From positions 311,302,001 to 311,366,000 of the forward strand of contig OZ024742.1 in NCBI GenBank assembly GCA_964016885.1: 64,000 nucleotides of DNA, read 5' to 3'. Position 1 is the stretch's first letter. The number at the start of each line of letters is the position of its first letter. This document shows positions 36,101-49,900 of the stretch, in pieces. The position numbers and the translations under genes are program-made. The notes beneath the pieces are model-generated. The model did not search any database. It worked only from the letters and a program-made list of their open reading frames with translations, and had not been told where the DNA came from. Source of the DNA: Eledone cirrhosa. Its lineage: Eukaryota.

Positions 36101-39100
36101 CTTCCTCCATGTATCCTTGTCTGTCTATCTGTCTGTCTGTCTACCTACCTGTCTACCTGTCTACCTGTCTGTCTGTTGACCTTCCTCCATGTATCCTTGT
36201 CTGTCTACCTGTCTCTCTGCCTACCTACCTGTCTACCTGTCTGTCTGTTGACCTTCCTCCATGTATCCTTGTCTGTCTATCTGTCTGTCTGTCTACCTGC
36301 CTGTCTACCTGTCTGTCTGTTGACCTTCCTCCATGTATCCTTGTCTGTCTATCTGTCTGTCTGTCTACCTACCTGTCTACCTGTCTACCTGTCTGTCTGT
36401 TGACCTTCCTCCATGTATCCTTGTCTGTCTATCTGTCTGTCTGTCTACCTACCTGTCTACCTGTCTGTCTGTTGACCTTCCTCCATGTATCCTTGTCTGT
36501 CTATCTGTCTGTCTGTCTACCTACCTGTCTACCTGTCTACCTGTCTGTCTGTTGACCTTCCTCCATGTATCCTTGTCTGTCTACCTGTCTCTCTGCCTAC
36601 CTACCTGTCTACCTGTCTGTCTGTTGACCTTCCTCCATGTATCCTTGTCTGTCTATCTGTCTGTCTGTCTACCTGCCTGTCTACCTGTCTGTCTGTTGAC
36701 CTTCCTCCATGTATCCTTGTCTGTCTATCTGTCTGTCTGTCTACCTACCTGTCTACCTGTCTACCTGTCTGTCTGTTGACCTTCCTCCATGTATCCTTGT
36801 CTGTCTACCTGTCTCTCTGTCTACCTACCTGTCTACCTGTCTGTCTGTTGACCTTCCTCCATGTATCCTTGTCTGTCTATCTGTCTGTCTGTCTACCTGT
36901 CTACCTGTCTGTCTACCTGTCTGTCTGTTGACCTTCCTCCATGTATCCTTGTCTGTCTATCTGTCTGTCTGTCTACCTACCTGTCTACCTGTCTGTCTGT
37001 TGACCTTCCTCCATGTATCCTTGTCTGTCTATCTGTCTGTCTGTCTACCTACCTGTCTACCTGTCTGTCTGTTGACCTTCCTCCATGTATCCTTGTCTGT
37101 CTACCTGTCTCTCTGCCTACCTACCTGTCTACCTGTCTGTCTGTTGACCTTCCTCCATGTATCCTTGTCTGTCTATCTGTCTGTCTGTCTACCTGCCTGT
37201 CTACCTGTCTGTCTGTTGACCTTCCTCCATGTATCCTTGTCTGTCTACCTGTCTCTCTGCCTACCTACCTGTCTACCTGTCTGTCTGTTGACCTTCCTCC
37301 ATGTATCCTTGTCTGTCTATCTGTCTGTCTGTCTACCTGCCTGTCTACCTGTCTGTCTGTTGACCTTCCTCCATGTATCCTTGTCTGTCTATCTGTCTGT
37401 CTGTCTACCTACCTGTCTACCTGTCTGTCTGTTGACCTTCCTCCATGTATCCTTGTCTGTCTACCTGTCTCTCTGCCTACCTACCTGTCTACCTGTCTAC
37501 CTGTCTGTCTGTTGACCTTCCTCCATGTATCCTTGTCTGTCTATCTGTCTGTCTGTCTACCTACCTGTCTACCTGTCTACCTGTCTGTCTGTTGACCTTC
37601 CTCCATGTATCCTTGTCTGTCTACCTGTCTCTCTGCCTACCTACCTGTCTACCTGTCTGTCTGTTGACCTTCCTCCATGTATCCTTGTCTGTCTATCTGT
37701 CTCTCTGTCTACCTGCCTGTCTACCTGTCTACCTGTCTGTCTGTTGACCTTCCTCCATGTATCCTTGTCTGTCTATCTGTCTCTCTGTCTACCTGCCTGT
37801 CTACCTGTCTACCTGTCTGTCTGTTGACCTTCCTCCATGTATCCTTGTCTGTCTACCTGTCTCTCTGCCTACCTACCTGTCTACCTGTCTACCTGTCTGT
37901 CTGTTGACCTTCCTCCATGTATCCTTGTCTGTCTATCTGTCTGTCTGTCTACCTGCCTACCTACCTGTCTACCTGTCTGTCTGTTGACCTTCCTCCATGT
38001 ATCCTTGTCTGTCTATCTGTCTGTCTGCCTACCTACCTGTCTACCTGTCTGTCTGTTGACCTTCCTCCATGTATCCTTGTCTGTCTACCTGTCTCTCTGC
38101 CTACCTACCTGTCTACCTGTCTGTCTGTTGACCTTCCTCCATGTATCCTTGTCTGTCTACCTGTCTCTCTGCCTACCTACCTGTCTACCTGTCTGTCTGT
38201 TGACCTTCCTCCATGTATCCTTGTCTGTCTATCTGTCTGTCTGTCTACCTACCTGTCTACCTGTCTGTCTGTTGACCTTCCTCCATGTATCCTTGTCTGT
38301 CTACCTGTCTCTCTGCCTACCTACCTGTCTACCTGTCTACCTGTCTGTCTGTTGACCTTCCTCCATGTATCCTTGTCTGTCTATCTGTCTGTCTGTCTAC
38401 CTACCTGTCTACCTGTCTACCTGTCTGTCTGTTGACCTTCCTCCATGTATCCTTGTCTGTCTATCTGTCTGTCTGCCTACCTACCTGTCTACCTGTCTGT
38501 CTGTTGACCTTCCTCCATGTATCCTTGTCTGTCTACCTGTCTCTCTGTCTACCTACCTGTCTACCTGTCTACCTGTCTGTCTGTTGACCTTCCTCCATGT
38601 ATCCTTGTCTGTCTCTCTGTCTACCTGCCTGTCTACCTGTCTACCTGTCTGTCTGTTGACCTTCCTCCATGTATCCTTGTCTGTCTATCTGTCTGTCTGT
38701 CTACCTGCCTACCTACCTGTCTACCTGTCTGTCTGTTGACCTTCCTCCATGTATCCTTGTCTGTCTACCTGTCTCTCTGCCTACCTACCTGTCTACCTGT
38801 CTACCTGTCTGTCTGTTGACCTTCCTCCATGTATCCTTGTCTGTCTATCTGTCTGTCTGTCTACCTGCCTACCTACCTGTCTACCTGTCTGTCTGTTGAC
38901 CTTCCTCCATGTATCCTTGTCTGTCTATCTGTCTGTCTGCCTACCTACCTGTCTACCTGTCTGTCTGTTGACCTTCCTCCATGTATCCTTGTCTGTCTAT
39001 CTGTCTCTCTGTCTACCTGCCTACCTACCTGTCTACCTGTCTGTCTGTTGACCTTCCTCCATGTATCCTTGTCTGTCTATCTGTCTCTCTGTCTACCTAC

Positions 39101-40235
39101 CTGTCTACCTGTCTGCCTACCTGTCTGTCTACCTGTCTACCTGTCTGTCTGTTGACCTTCCTCCATGTATCCTTGTCTGTCTATCTGTCTGTCTGTCTAC
39201 CTGCCTACCTACCTGTCTACCTGTCTGTCTGTTGACCTTCCTCCATGTATCCTTGTCTGTCTATCTGTCTGTCTGCCTACCTACCTGTCTACCTGTCTGT
39301 CTGTTGACCTTCCTCCATGTATCCTTGTCTGTCTATCTGTCTCTCTGTCTACCTGCCTACCTACCTGTCTACCTGTCTGTCTGTTGACCTTCCTCCATGT
39401 ATCCTTGTCTGTCTATCTGTCTCTCTGTCTACCTACCTGTCTACCTGTCTGCCTACCTGCCTGTCTACCTGTCTACCTGTCTGTCTGTTGACCTTCCTCC
39501 ATGTATCCTTGTCTGTCTACCTGTCTATCTGCCTACCTACCTGTCTACCTGTCTGCCTACCTGTCTGTCTACCTGCCTGTCTATCTGCCTACCTGTCTAC
39601 CTACCTGTCTATCTGCCTACCTACCTGTCTACCTGTCTGCCTACCTGTCTGTCTACCTGCCTGTCTATCTGCCTACCTACCTGTCTATCTGCCTACCTAC
39701 CTGTCTGTCTGTCTACCTGCCTGTCTATCTGCCTACCTGTCTACCTACCTGTCTATCTGCCTACCTACTTGTCTGCCTACCTGTCTATCTGCCTACCTGT
39801 CTACCTGTCTGTCTGTCTACCTGCCTGTCTACCTGTCTGTCTGTCTACCTGCCTGTCTATCTGCCTACCTGTCTGCCTACCTGTCTATCTACCTACCTGT
39901 CTACCTACCTGTCTATCTGCCTACCTACCTGTCTGCCTACCTGTCTATCTGCCTACCTACCTGTCTACCTGTCAGCCTACCTGTCTGTCTGTCTACCTGC
40001 CTGTCTATTGCCTACCTGTCTACCTATCTGTCTATCTGCCTACCTACCTGTCTACCTATCTGTCTATCTGCCTACCTACCTGTCTACCTGCCAGCCTACC
40101 TGTCTGTCTGTCTACCTGCCTGTCTATCTGCCTATCTGTCTACCTACCTGTCTATCTGCCTACCTACCTGTCTGCCTACCTGTCTATCTGCCTACCTACC
40201 TGTCTGCCTACCTGTCTACCTGCCTGTCTGTCTGT
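33175..40235. repeat. ~7-kb tetranucleotide-derived satellite with 60-bp and 72/76/80-bp higher-order units
   Basis: CTGT/CTAC/CTGC/CTAT blocks with the recurring anchor gttgaccttcctccatgtatccttg. Confidence 0.97.
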
Positions 40236-40609
40236 ATCTTCGTGTCTGTACTTATATCTTTGTATTTCAAACTATATTTCTGATCTTCACTGTTTTCCCC
40301 CTTCTCTCTCTCTCCCACTCTCTCAGCTTTTTTGCTGTCTCTTTTCCTCTTTTTCCACATCTCTCTCACTATCTCCATTTGCTTTTCACCCTCTCTGTTC
40401 CTTATCCTTTCTCTGTCTCTCAGCATGCCCCCCTCCTTTCTATTGGTCTTACTCTCTCTTTGTTGGTTTCCTATCTCTATCTCTCTCTCTCTGCTTCTAA
40501 ATACTGCCTATCCATATATATGCCTGTCCATATGTAAGAATGTATGTGATACCCCCACACACACATTAATTAATATTTTCCATTCTTTTAATTGCTCTAT
40601 CTACTACAG

Positions 40610-40879
40610 TACAGTCTGAGGTTTTGTGGCTTGGACATGTTAAAGCCGTTCATAATTAATGGAGCCCATCATGTGAATGAAGAGAAACTGGTAGGTCTAA
40701 AGACCTTATTGAATGAAAGGCTATCAAATGTTCACGTGGATAAACCAATGGAGTACATATCTCTAAGTGAGTACTCTTTCCCAGGCGGTGTTCTGAAGGA
40801 CAGTTACATAGAGAAAATGTCTGCAGTGAACAAAGCACCAAATGTTGGCCAACATCTTGGCAAACCAATTTTGCAATGA
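40610..40879 (+). CDS. NQO1: NQO-family gene, last coding exon
   Basis: YSLRFCGLDMLKP...NVGQHLGKPILQ*; acceptor ctacag; NQO1-type C-terminal motif; AATAAA near 41134. Confidence 0.9.
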   Translation, partial: YSLRFCGLDMLKPFIINGAHHVNEEKLVGLKTLLNERLSNVHVDKPMEYISLSEYSFPGGVLKDSYIEKMSAVNKAPNVGQHLGKPILQ

Positions 40880-40906
40880 AAAATGAACAACAACATTTTT
40901 TTTTAA

Positions 40907-41104
40907 CCCTTTAGCATTTACATTACTCTATATTTAATATTATATTTTCACATAATATCGAATCTATGAGATTTTGATATTATTTATTTTGAGAACAATA
41001 CCTTAACATCAGTATGAGTGGCTAGTTGCAGCCGGTTTGAACAGAAAGAGGTGAGAGAATTCTGACCGGATATAGCCGGTTTAAATGCTAAAGTATTAAA
41101 TGGG
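40907..41104. mobile_element. piggyBac-like MITE in the putative NQO 3' UTR
   Basis: TTAA-CCCTTTAGCATT...GGG-TTAA. Confidence 0.75.
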
Positions 41105-41284
41105 TTAACAAAATTAGAAAAAAGGAAATAATGAATAAAAAAATTAAAATTAAATATTACTTTTGTGTTTAACTATTTTCATTTTCATCATTTCATGAAT
41201 CACCAAAATCTACAAAATTACAAAAAAGTAAAAAAGAAGTTTAATAAACAAATTATTAATTTTGGTATTGTTAATTTTCTTTAA

Positions 41285-42290
41285 CATTATCATTATCATC
41301 ATAACCACCACCACTACCATCACCATCACCACTACCATCACTACCACCATCACTACCATCATCATCACTGTCACCATCATCACCGCCACCACTACCATCA
41401 CCATCACCACTACCATCACTACCACCATCACCACCACCACCACCACTTCCACCACCACTACCATCATCATGATCACCACCACCACTACCACCACTACCAT
41501 CATCATCACCACCACCACTACCATCACCACTACCACCACTACCATCATCATCATCAGCACCATCATCACCACCACCACTACCACCTCCACTACCATCATC
41601 ACCACCTTCACTACCATCATCATCAACACCACCACCACTACCATCAGCACCACCACTACCACCTCCACTACCATCATCATCAACACCACCACCACTACCA
41701 TCACCACGACCACCACTACCATCAACACCACCACCACTACCACCCCCACTACCACCATCATCATCCCCACTACTTCACCAGCACCTCCACTATCATCATC
41801 ATCATCATCATCACCACCACCACTACTACCCCCAATAACACCACCACCACCACCATCACTGCCATCATCATCATCACCACCACTACCACCACCACCACCA
41901 TCACTACCATCATCATCATCACCACCACTACCATCACCACCACCATCACTACCATCATCATCATCACCACCACTACCATCACCACCACCATCACTGCCAT
42001 CATCATCATCACCACCACCACCATCACCACCACCATCACTACCATCATCATCATCACCACCACTACCACCACCACCACCATCACTACCATCATCATCATC
42101 ACCACCACTACCATCACCACCACCATCACTACCATCATCATCATCACCACCACTACCATCACCACCACCATCACTACCATCATCATCATCACTGTCACCA
42201 TCATTATCGTCTTTGTCATTGTCGTCATGGTTGTGATCATCACCATCATCATCTCCTTTGTCATCGTCATCATGGCCATGATCATCATCT
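41285..42290. repeat. (CAC/CAT)n trinucleotide array with a 36-bp higher-order unit
   Basis: Directly visible. Confidence 0.95.
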
Positions 42291-42294
42291 AGAC

Positions 42295-42878
42295 CAGAGG
42301 TCCCCAACCTTTTTACATGAAAGGGCCACATTAACATTCCAAATTTAAATGAGGGCCACATATTAGAAATATTCATTCTATGGAAGACAGCTCATGCTTT
42401 TATGATGACAGACTTGAACTTTAAATTGCTACATTTTCAATAAAAAACTTGTTAGACATGTTTTTTTCTGAGAAAGTCTTTTGAAGTCTGTCATATATCT
42501 ATATATTGAGGGTCATACACACACATGTTTTTGTCCTTTATTGAAGTTGCGTTGCCTATTAGTTGAATTTCCCCCCCCCACATACCCCCCCCCCCCCCCA
42601 CACATATATATGAAGTGTGAGAGACAGACAGAGAGAGACCAAGCTACAGAGAAACAGGTTTCCTTTTATAATATAGATTACTACTACTTTGGAAAGTAGT
42701 TTGAATTTATATAAATATTGGTGCAAATATTTGAAACGTAGCAAAAAGTTCTGTTGTTCAGTTGCTGGCTATGCGCGATCTGCTGGATAAGAGCATAATT
42801 CTTATCTTGTTCTGAGGGCCACACTGAACACCCTTAAGGGCTGCATGTGGTCCTAGGGCCACAGGTTGGAGATCCCTG
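42295..42878. mobile_element. hAT (Charlie-like) MITE
   Basis: TIR CAGAGGTCCCCAACCT...AGGTTGGAGATCCCTG; imperfect 8-bp TSD atctagac/atctatat. Confidence 0.7.
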
Positions 42879-43545
42879 ATCTATATCATCATCAACACAA
42901 TCATCATCATCATCAGTATCTCTATCATAATTTACATTGTAATCTTCATCATCTCTGTTATCATATCCATCCTCTATATAATCATGTAGCACATGCCAAC
43001 AAGGGAATCTCTTCATGATTATTTAATCTGCTAATCTAGCAGTCAAATCTTCCTCAAATTACACCCTGGATATTTAGGCACCAGATATTATAGGCTCTGA
43101 TGTAGTGAAATAGTACAGTCATGGCTGAAAGCCTTTGATTATAGTTTTACTTGATCAGGACTGACTCAGGGCTAAACAAACTAGTAGTGTACTTTAATGA
43201 AGTTGTTTAATGCTAGGTCAGTCCTGATCATGCACAACTATGGTCAAAGGCTCAAGACATCAGAGACTATATTCTCCAGGGTGCAGTTTGAGGAAAATCT
43301 TTAAAGGGTACCACAACTATATAGACAGTATAGTTGTGCCTGGAAAACCTTTGATCAGAGTTCTGCTTGATCAGGACTAACCTAGGGTTAAACAACTTCA
43401 TTAAAGCACACTACTAGTTCGTTTAGCCCTAGGTCAGTCCTGACCAAGTACAAATATGATCAAAGGTTTTCAGAGGTATGCTCTCCACCCTATTCTCATG
43501 TGGATTGTTTATATATTGGGGAAACAGCAGGAAGAAGGTGGTTAA

Positions 43546-45075
43546 CCCTTTAGCATTTACAAGTAGCAGCAAGTGCCCACAGAATACTAGATCATTCCAT
43601 TGTACAGATGGTTCTATAGAAATAGTGGACAGCTTCCGTTACCTGGGTGACAAAATCAGCAGTGGGGGAGGGTGCTCTGAAAGTACAGTAGCTAGAGTCA
43701 GAACGGGATGGAAACAGTTCAGAGAGCTTATACCACTTTTGGCCGCTAAAGGGTTCTCTCTAAAAATGAAAGGAAGGCTGTATGATGCCTGTATACGAAC
43801 AGCAATGTTACATGGCAGTGAGACCTGGGCATTTGTGCAGAGGATATACACAGACTGGAGAGAAACGAAGCTTGCATGCTCCGCTGGATGTGTAATAGTA
43901 ATATACGTGAACGGCAAAGCATAAACGAACTAAGGAATAAGAGGGATCAGATGTTTACTCGAGAGAAGACTACGTTGGTACGGTCACGTGATACGCATGA
44001 AAGACGACAGCTGTATAAAAAAGTGCAGGGCGATAAAAATAGACGGTAGCCACGGAGTAAGCAGACCCTGAAAAACCTGGGACGACTTGATAAATTCCGA
44101 CCTCACACACTTACACCTCTCCAAGACAATGTCACTGGACCGAGATCTTTGGCGCTACACAGTTATACAGAAGACCTGCCTTGCCTAAGTACAAAGCAAA
44201 ACCTACAGTCAGTAGGCACCTCTAACAAAATATACCCCGTTGCACTACCCCCACCCCATCCACACCACCCCCTTAAATGTGAAGTTATGTTGGTACCACA
44301 ACATCCAGTCCGAAACAAATGAGGTCGTGTAGGTGTTACGACAAAAAAAAAAACACAGTCCACGCTGTATTGTGGCCGTGTAGGTAACACGGTAAAAACC
44401 TCCCAGTCCACACTGTAAACGTGGTTGGTGTTGGGAAGGGCACCCAGCCGTAGAAAACCTGCCAGACATGTAGGTGTCACGACAAAAAAACACACAGTCC
44501 ACGCTGTAATGTGGCCGTGTAGGTAACACGGTAAAAACCTCCCAGTCCACACTGTAAACGTGGTTGGTGTTAGGAAGGGCATCCAGCCGTAGAAAACCCG
44601 CCAGACAGTCCTATACGAGCAGGACAACCAATCTTGCCCAAGTGGGAAAACTCCCGTCCAAACCAATGCAAGCGTGGAAGATGGACGTTAAACGATGATG
44701 ATGATGATGATGATTACTCTATATTTATTAATATATTTTCACGGTAAAGGCTTTATCTCACATTATATTGAATCTATGAGATTTTGATATTATTTATTTT
44801 GAGGATAATACCTTAACATCAATATGAATGGCCCGTTACAGCCGGTTTAAATGCTAAAGGGTTAACCCTTTAATGTTCAAACCGGCCAGAATTCTCTACC
44901 TTTTTCTGTTGAAACTGGCTGTAACTGGTCACTCAAACTGATGTTAAGGTATTGTTTTCCAAATAAATACTTTCAAAATCTTATAGATTCGATATTATGT
45001 GAGATAATTATGCGAGATAAAGCATTTACCATGAAAATATAATAGTAAATACAGAGTAATGTGAATGCTAAAGGG
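43546..45075. mobile_element. Two opposed piggyBac-like MITEs sharing one TTAA (44862-44865); the first is split by an RTE
   Basis: ccctttagcatttaca|RTE|ttactctata...gggTTAAccc...aatgctaaaggg-TTAA. Confidence 0.8.
43562..44713 (+). mobile_element. RTE LINE 3' fragment
   Basis: FRYLG..RVRTGWKQFREL..LYDACIRTAMLHGSETW; (gat)n tail; ~140-bp duplication in the UTR. Confidence 0.9.
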
Positions 45076-45819
45076 TTAAAGAGTGTTGAAGAGATTGTAG
45101 AATTAGAGAAAACATGTGTCTAGAATTGTGCCTGGAAGCGAAAGAAAAAGTCTTAAAGAATAATTTAGAAAGTGAATAGGTACGAAATGAACCCCCTCCC
45201 CAAATAAACAACATGTAAATGTGGGAAAAAGAAAGTCAAACTTTGAAAAAAAGTATTTTTCAAAGAGACAAAAGAGATAAGAGCAAGGAAAGTTGTCTTT
45301 GAAGAAAGAAACTGGGGAATTAATGTTCTAAGGATAAATTGAACCAGGAGAATGATCGATATGAAGAATTCTTCACTCAAACCTAGAATATGAGATGAAA
45401 CCAATGATTCTATAGCCCATATTGTATCAGATTACTTACAGTTAACTCAAAATGAGTAGGAAAATATAGATATGATAAACTTGCTGCAATAATTCAGTGG
45501 AATTTTTGCAAGAGATTTGTTTTTGTATGCACAGGAAAGAGCTACTGTATTCTATTCACATTTCAATTTGTATGGAAAAATCCATAACAACCTCACTTAA
45601 TCTTTTCTAAGGACTTTCATTTCTGTTCCAACATAAACATGAATTTGCAAATATAAATGAACGCTGAAAATGGTTTCATTGTGTGTACTATGTATACTTT
45701 TTATCTCCTTTTTATTTTCATTTCATGTGATTTCTATACAAACACTCACACCTTATGTAATCTTTCTTTGTAGTGACCCATTCACCTGTGGCCTCTGTGA
45801 CAAATAAAAGAAAATATTA

Positions 45820-46860
45820 AATAACCAACAAGACAAAACTAACACCAAGGAAGCTAAACACATCAAGTAGCTAGCGAAAAAGCAAGGTAAAAAAACATAT
45901 GATTGACGGGGACAAAAGCTTCGGTATGTACAGTATGTATTCTAAGGAAAAAGTTGCTGATATAGACCATATAACAACCAATTAGTGACTAAGGAGTTCA
46001 TGACAAAAAGCAGAGAGAGAAGGATCCATACTGACAGCACAAGACTAAAGTTTGCTTATCAGAAACTTATCAGAAACTAACAAGCTTAACACTTTAACAT
46101 TTACATTACTCTATATTTACTATTGCATTTTTGTGGTAAACACTTTATCTTACATAATTATCTCACATAATATCGAATATACGAGATTTTGATATGATTT
46201 ATTTTGAGAATAATACCTTAACATAAGTATGAGTGGCTAGTTATGAACAGTTTGAACAGAAAGAGGTGAGAGAATTCTGGCCGGATATGGCCGGTTTAAA
46301 TGCTGAAGAGTTACGTCTTAACAATGGTGCAGATCTAAAATACAAGTTTTGTTACTAATATGATGAAGCAATAGATAGATAATATTATTTCAGGTGACAG
46401 TACTGACACCAAATGAGAATAAAAACTGCCATGAAAAAGTAGGTCAATATCTACACTGGAAGTTATGCAACTACTAGGAAATAAAAACAGCTATTAACTG
46501 GTATGAACACCAGTAATGAAAGGAGATAATTGTACAATATTTGGGGATTTCTCAGTTAGCACAAACTGGATTCTTCAAGAAAAACAGACCACATATAATC
46601 AAGATGATGGATGAACTCTGCAAATTAATTAGTAGGAGTATACCAATAAAGGAATTTGAAAAACTACGCAAATACAAAGACCTGAGATAAGGATTAAAAA
46701 GATGTCACACCTTAAAATGCAAATAGTCCTGGGATGATAAAAAAGGTTATGAGAAAAATCTTAGCAACATCCCAGGTGAACTAGCTTTCCAGAAAATTCA
46801 AAAAATAGTATTGATCAGCACTGCACACATACTACAGAGAGCCCCTCAATCTAAATAGGA
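45820..46860 (+). mobile_element. Decayed R4/Dong-like non-LTR retrotransposon 3' region
   Basis: Remnants HEKVGQYLHWKLC, NRPHII, KEFEKLRKYKDL and IQKIVLISTAHILQRAL, typical of the REL-domain C-terminus. Confidence 0.6.
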
Positions 46861-46984
46861 ATTATAGAGCACTTGTAAATTAATATGATAGACTCTTAAA
46901 GTTTGCTTTTCCCTCTTAATTTAATTTATACTTATCTACCTTCACACATTTTGTATTTACATACACTTACAAATTAACATTTAA

Positions 46985-49900
46985 AATTTCATTTATTGGT
47001 CACAAGGGCCGACATATAGGGGACAATACAAAAGACTGGGACAGTGGGGTTTTACAGAAAAATCGAGTAAACAATATGAGTAACAATAACAAAGTAACAA
47101 TAAAGTAACAATAAAATTACAAGAAAGAATTCCCCAATAGGGGGGATGACCACCCAGGGTTTGCTCAGGTACCCCACCAATCCTGAACGACCCGACGCTT
47201 CGAGAGCACCCTGGAAGAGCACCCCCTCTCCTCCTCAAATTTACCTACCTACAGCCGCATGACCAGAGTAGGCCCACTCACACGGGCCTTTCTCGCCACA
47301 TTCACCCACCTTTCAGCAAATGTACTGGGGGGCAGCACTTCTCTCTCCACCCTCACCTTCCTTTCCAAGTGAAACTTGAAAAAGTTGATGAGGGATTGGC
47401 CGAAGAGAAAAGTGTCTGTCTTCAGTCCTTTCAACCTCGTCCACCATACAACCTCTTTCGCTAATGCCACCAGACAGAGGAAAATTACCTGCCCTTCCTG
47501 GCCAAAAGAAGGCGGCGGGTCGATCTTCACTATGGACTCGGCCGATAGCCGGATCCGTTCTACACGCGACAACAGCTGTTCAACATAACTCCACTAGTCA
47601 GTAATGCACGGACACTGGACGAGTGCGTGCAGAACGGTTTCGTCGGTCTGCGTGCATCTTCCGTGCCTGTAGAGTTTATCTCGAACCGGCGGTGCCCCCC
47701 GGTAACACTGCCAAGCGAGGGATTTTTGGAAATTATCCATCGTCCCCGGCTCAAAAGTCCTCTGTACAGATTGGTTAGTTCGACTTTGTTGACTCCCAGA
47801 GCCTCTCCGAGTGCGTCGTCGCACTTGCCCACCACTAATACTCTATAGAACTCGAGAGTGGAAGTTCCACTGACCGCATTGCCTGCCTGGTAGAGGGCAG
47901 TGAGTGCCTGGCAACATTCCAGATGCCAGTTACCCAGTCTCGGTCTCTTCTTGACCCAGGACTGCAGCTCAGTGAAAGAAACGAGCTGCGGAAAGGCCCG
48001 TCTGACAAACTCGACCACACCTGTTCACCGTTTAGGTAGAATATCTGGAGATGCCTCAGCGCATGCCTGCGCATCATTGGCCACGGCATGCCCAGCCCTC
48101 CACGTAGAGGGTGCTGGCAGCAGATGGACCGCCTCACTAGCGGAACCTGACCCCTCCACAAGAATTTGAAGAGGAGCCGCTCCAAGATGGCGAGGCGCGA
48201 ACGGGAGCAAGGGACGACGGTCAGACGGTAGTAGATGACGGACGTGATGTACGCATTCGCCACCTCCGCCAGACCTTTCAGTGATAGCTTCATCCCAGCC
48301 CATTTCTGGGTGAGACTGGCTACCCTGCCCGTCACCCCGTCCCAATTCTTATCCACCCGGAGGTCTGGCCCGAACCAAACCCCTAGCAACTTTGCCGGTC
48401 CGTCCGTCCAGCGCCTAACGACGCTGTTGGACGGTATGGACTTGCCTCTCCAGGTGCCGAGTTGCAAGCTCACCGACTTTCTCGGGTTAAGTTTTGCTCC
48501 CGTCAACCTTTCATATTCCTCCAATAAGTTGCCGACCACCCCGATTTCTGAGGTGTCCGACACCATCACGGTGATGTCATCCGCATAAGCCGACACAGCC
48601 TTTCCGCGTCCCGTTTCGAGCGGGATGCCCTGCAACAGCTCCAGCTTCCTCAGTAAAGGCTCGAGAGTCAATACGTACAGAAGGGAGGAGAGAAGGCACC
48701 CTTGACGGACCGATCGGGAGACCTGAAACGGTTCCGAGAGGTGGCCATTAATTTTGACCATCGAGCAGATGCCGTTGTGCATTGCAGCGATCCAGCTTCG
48801 GAAGACGGGGGCGAAGCCAGCCGCCTTGAGGACAGCCTCCAGGTACCGATGGTCGACCCTATCGAATGCTTTCGATTGATCTAAATTGATCAGAGCCCCA
48901 CCGAAGCCAGGTTTACACCCTACCCTCTCTATGATGTATCGCATTAGGTGGAGGTTGTCGTGTATGGACCTGGTTGGGATTGCGCAAGTTTGCGCCTCCC
49001 CAACTAAATCCCCGACGACAAGCGCCAACCTCTTCGCTAACACCCTGGCCAAAATCTTAAACTCTGTGTTGAGCAGAGTTATGGGCCTGAAATTGTCTAA
49101 TTTGTCCCTCTTGTTCTCGTCTTTCCTTATCAGCGTCACTACGTCACAGAACTGGGAATACTCCCGTTTTGCTGCCAGTTGCAGTAGAGGGCTTTGAGGA
49201 GTTTGGAGAACAAAGTCTGCCATATTTTACGTAAAGCTCGTAGGGCAGACCATCCAAACCGGGTGACTTGCACCTCATGCAGCCGACAAGGGCATCCTGA
49301 ATCTCGGCTGAAGTAATTGGCCTTTCACAGCGCCCAGCGTCAGCCGTCGAGAGTTGCGGCAAGCCATCGAGGTAAGGACTGAAGTCCGCCACCATTTCTG
49401 ACTCGCCACTTCCCCCGAACAACCGAGCAAAATGTTGGCAAAAGGCCTCACACATCCGCTTGGAATCGCTCAGCTCGTGTCCGTCTCGTTCCGTCAAAGA
49501 CCGAATCGTGGTTTTATTACCACGCTGCGCCTCTGCCACGAGGGCCCATCGAACAGCTTTGGTTCCCTCGTTTCTCAGAGCACGCGCCTTAGCTCTGACA
49601 ATGCAACCTTCGTGTTTCGCATGAAGAAATGGTCTAATGCCATTCTCGCCGCTAACACGTCAGTTGCAATGCCACTACCAACTCCCCCTCCTTTCTATTT
49701 TTCTCTAACGCTACTTCTTTGCTAAACTCTATCGACATTACTCTAATCTCTCCTTTGAGAGCCCCCCACCACCTATTGTTGACGACTCCCCTCTGTCAAC
49801 TTTTTCTTAACTAAATTGTTGACCTGGTCCCTGTAAGCCTTACGTGCCGGAAATGACATGTTTAGCTTCCAGTAACCAGGTCCTAACCTACGCGTCTTAT

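Noticed and set aside
34260-39520. Fixed ~25-bp anchor with variable intervening sequence resembling a CRISPR array
   Set aside because: The spacers are themselves near-identical tetramer repeats; the context is eukaryotic and there are no cas genes
33274-40537. Dozens of long CLSVYL-type ORFs
   Set aside because: They are translations of a stop-poor tetranucleotide satellite within an NQO intron
41210-42376. G/D-rich, T-rich and P/S-rich ORFs of 300-390 aa
   Set aside because: CAC/CAT trinucleotide repeat downstream of the NQO polyadenylation signal
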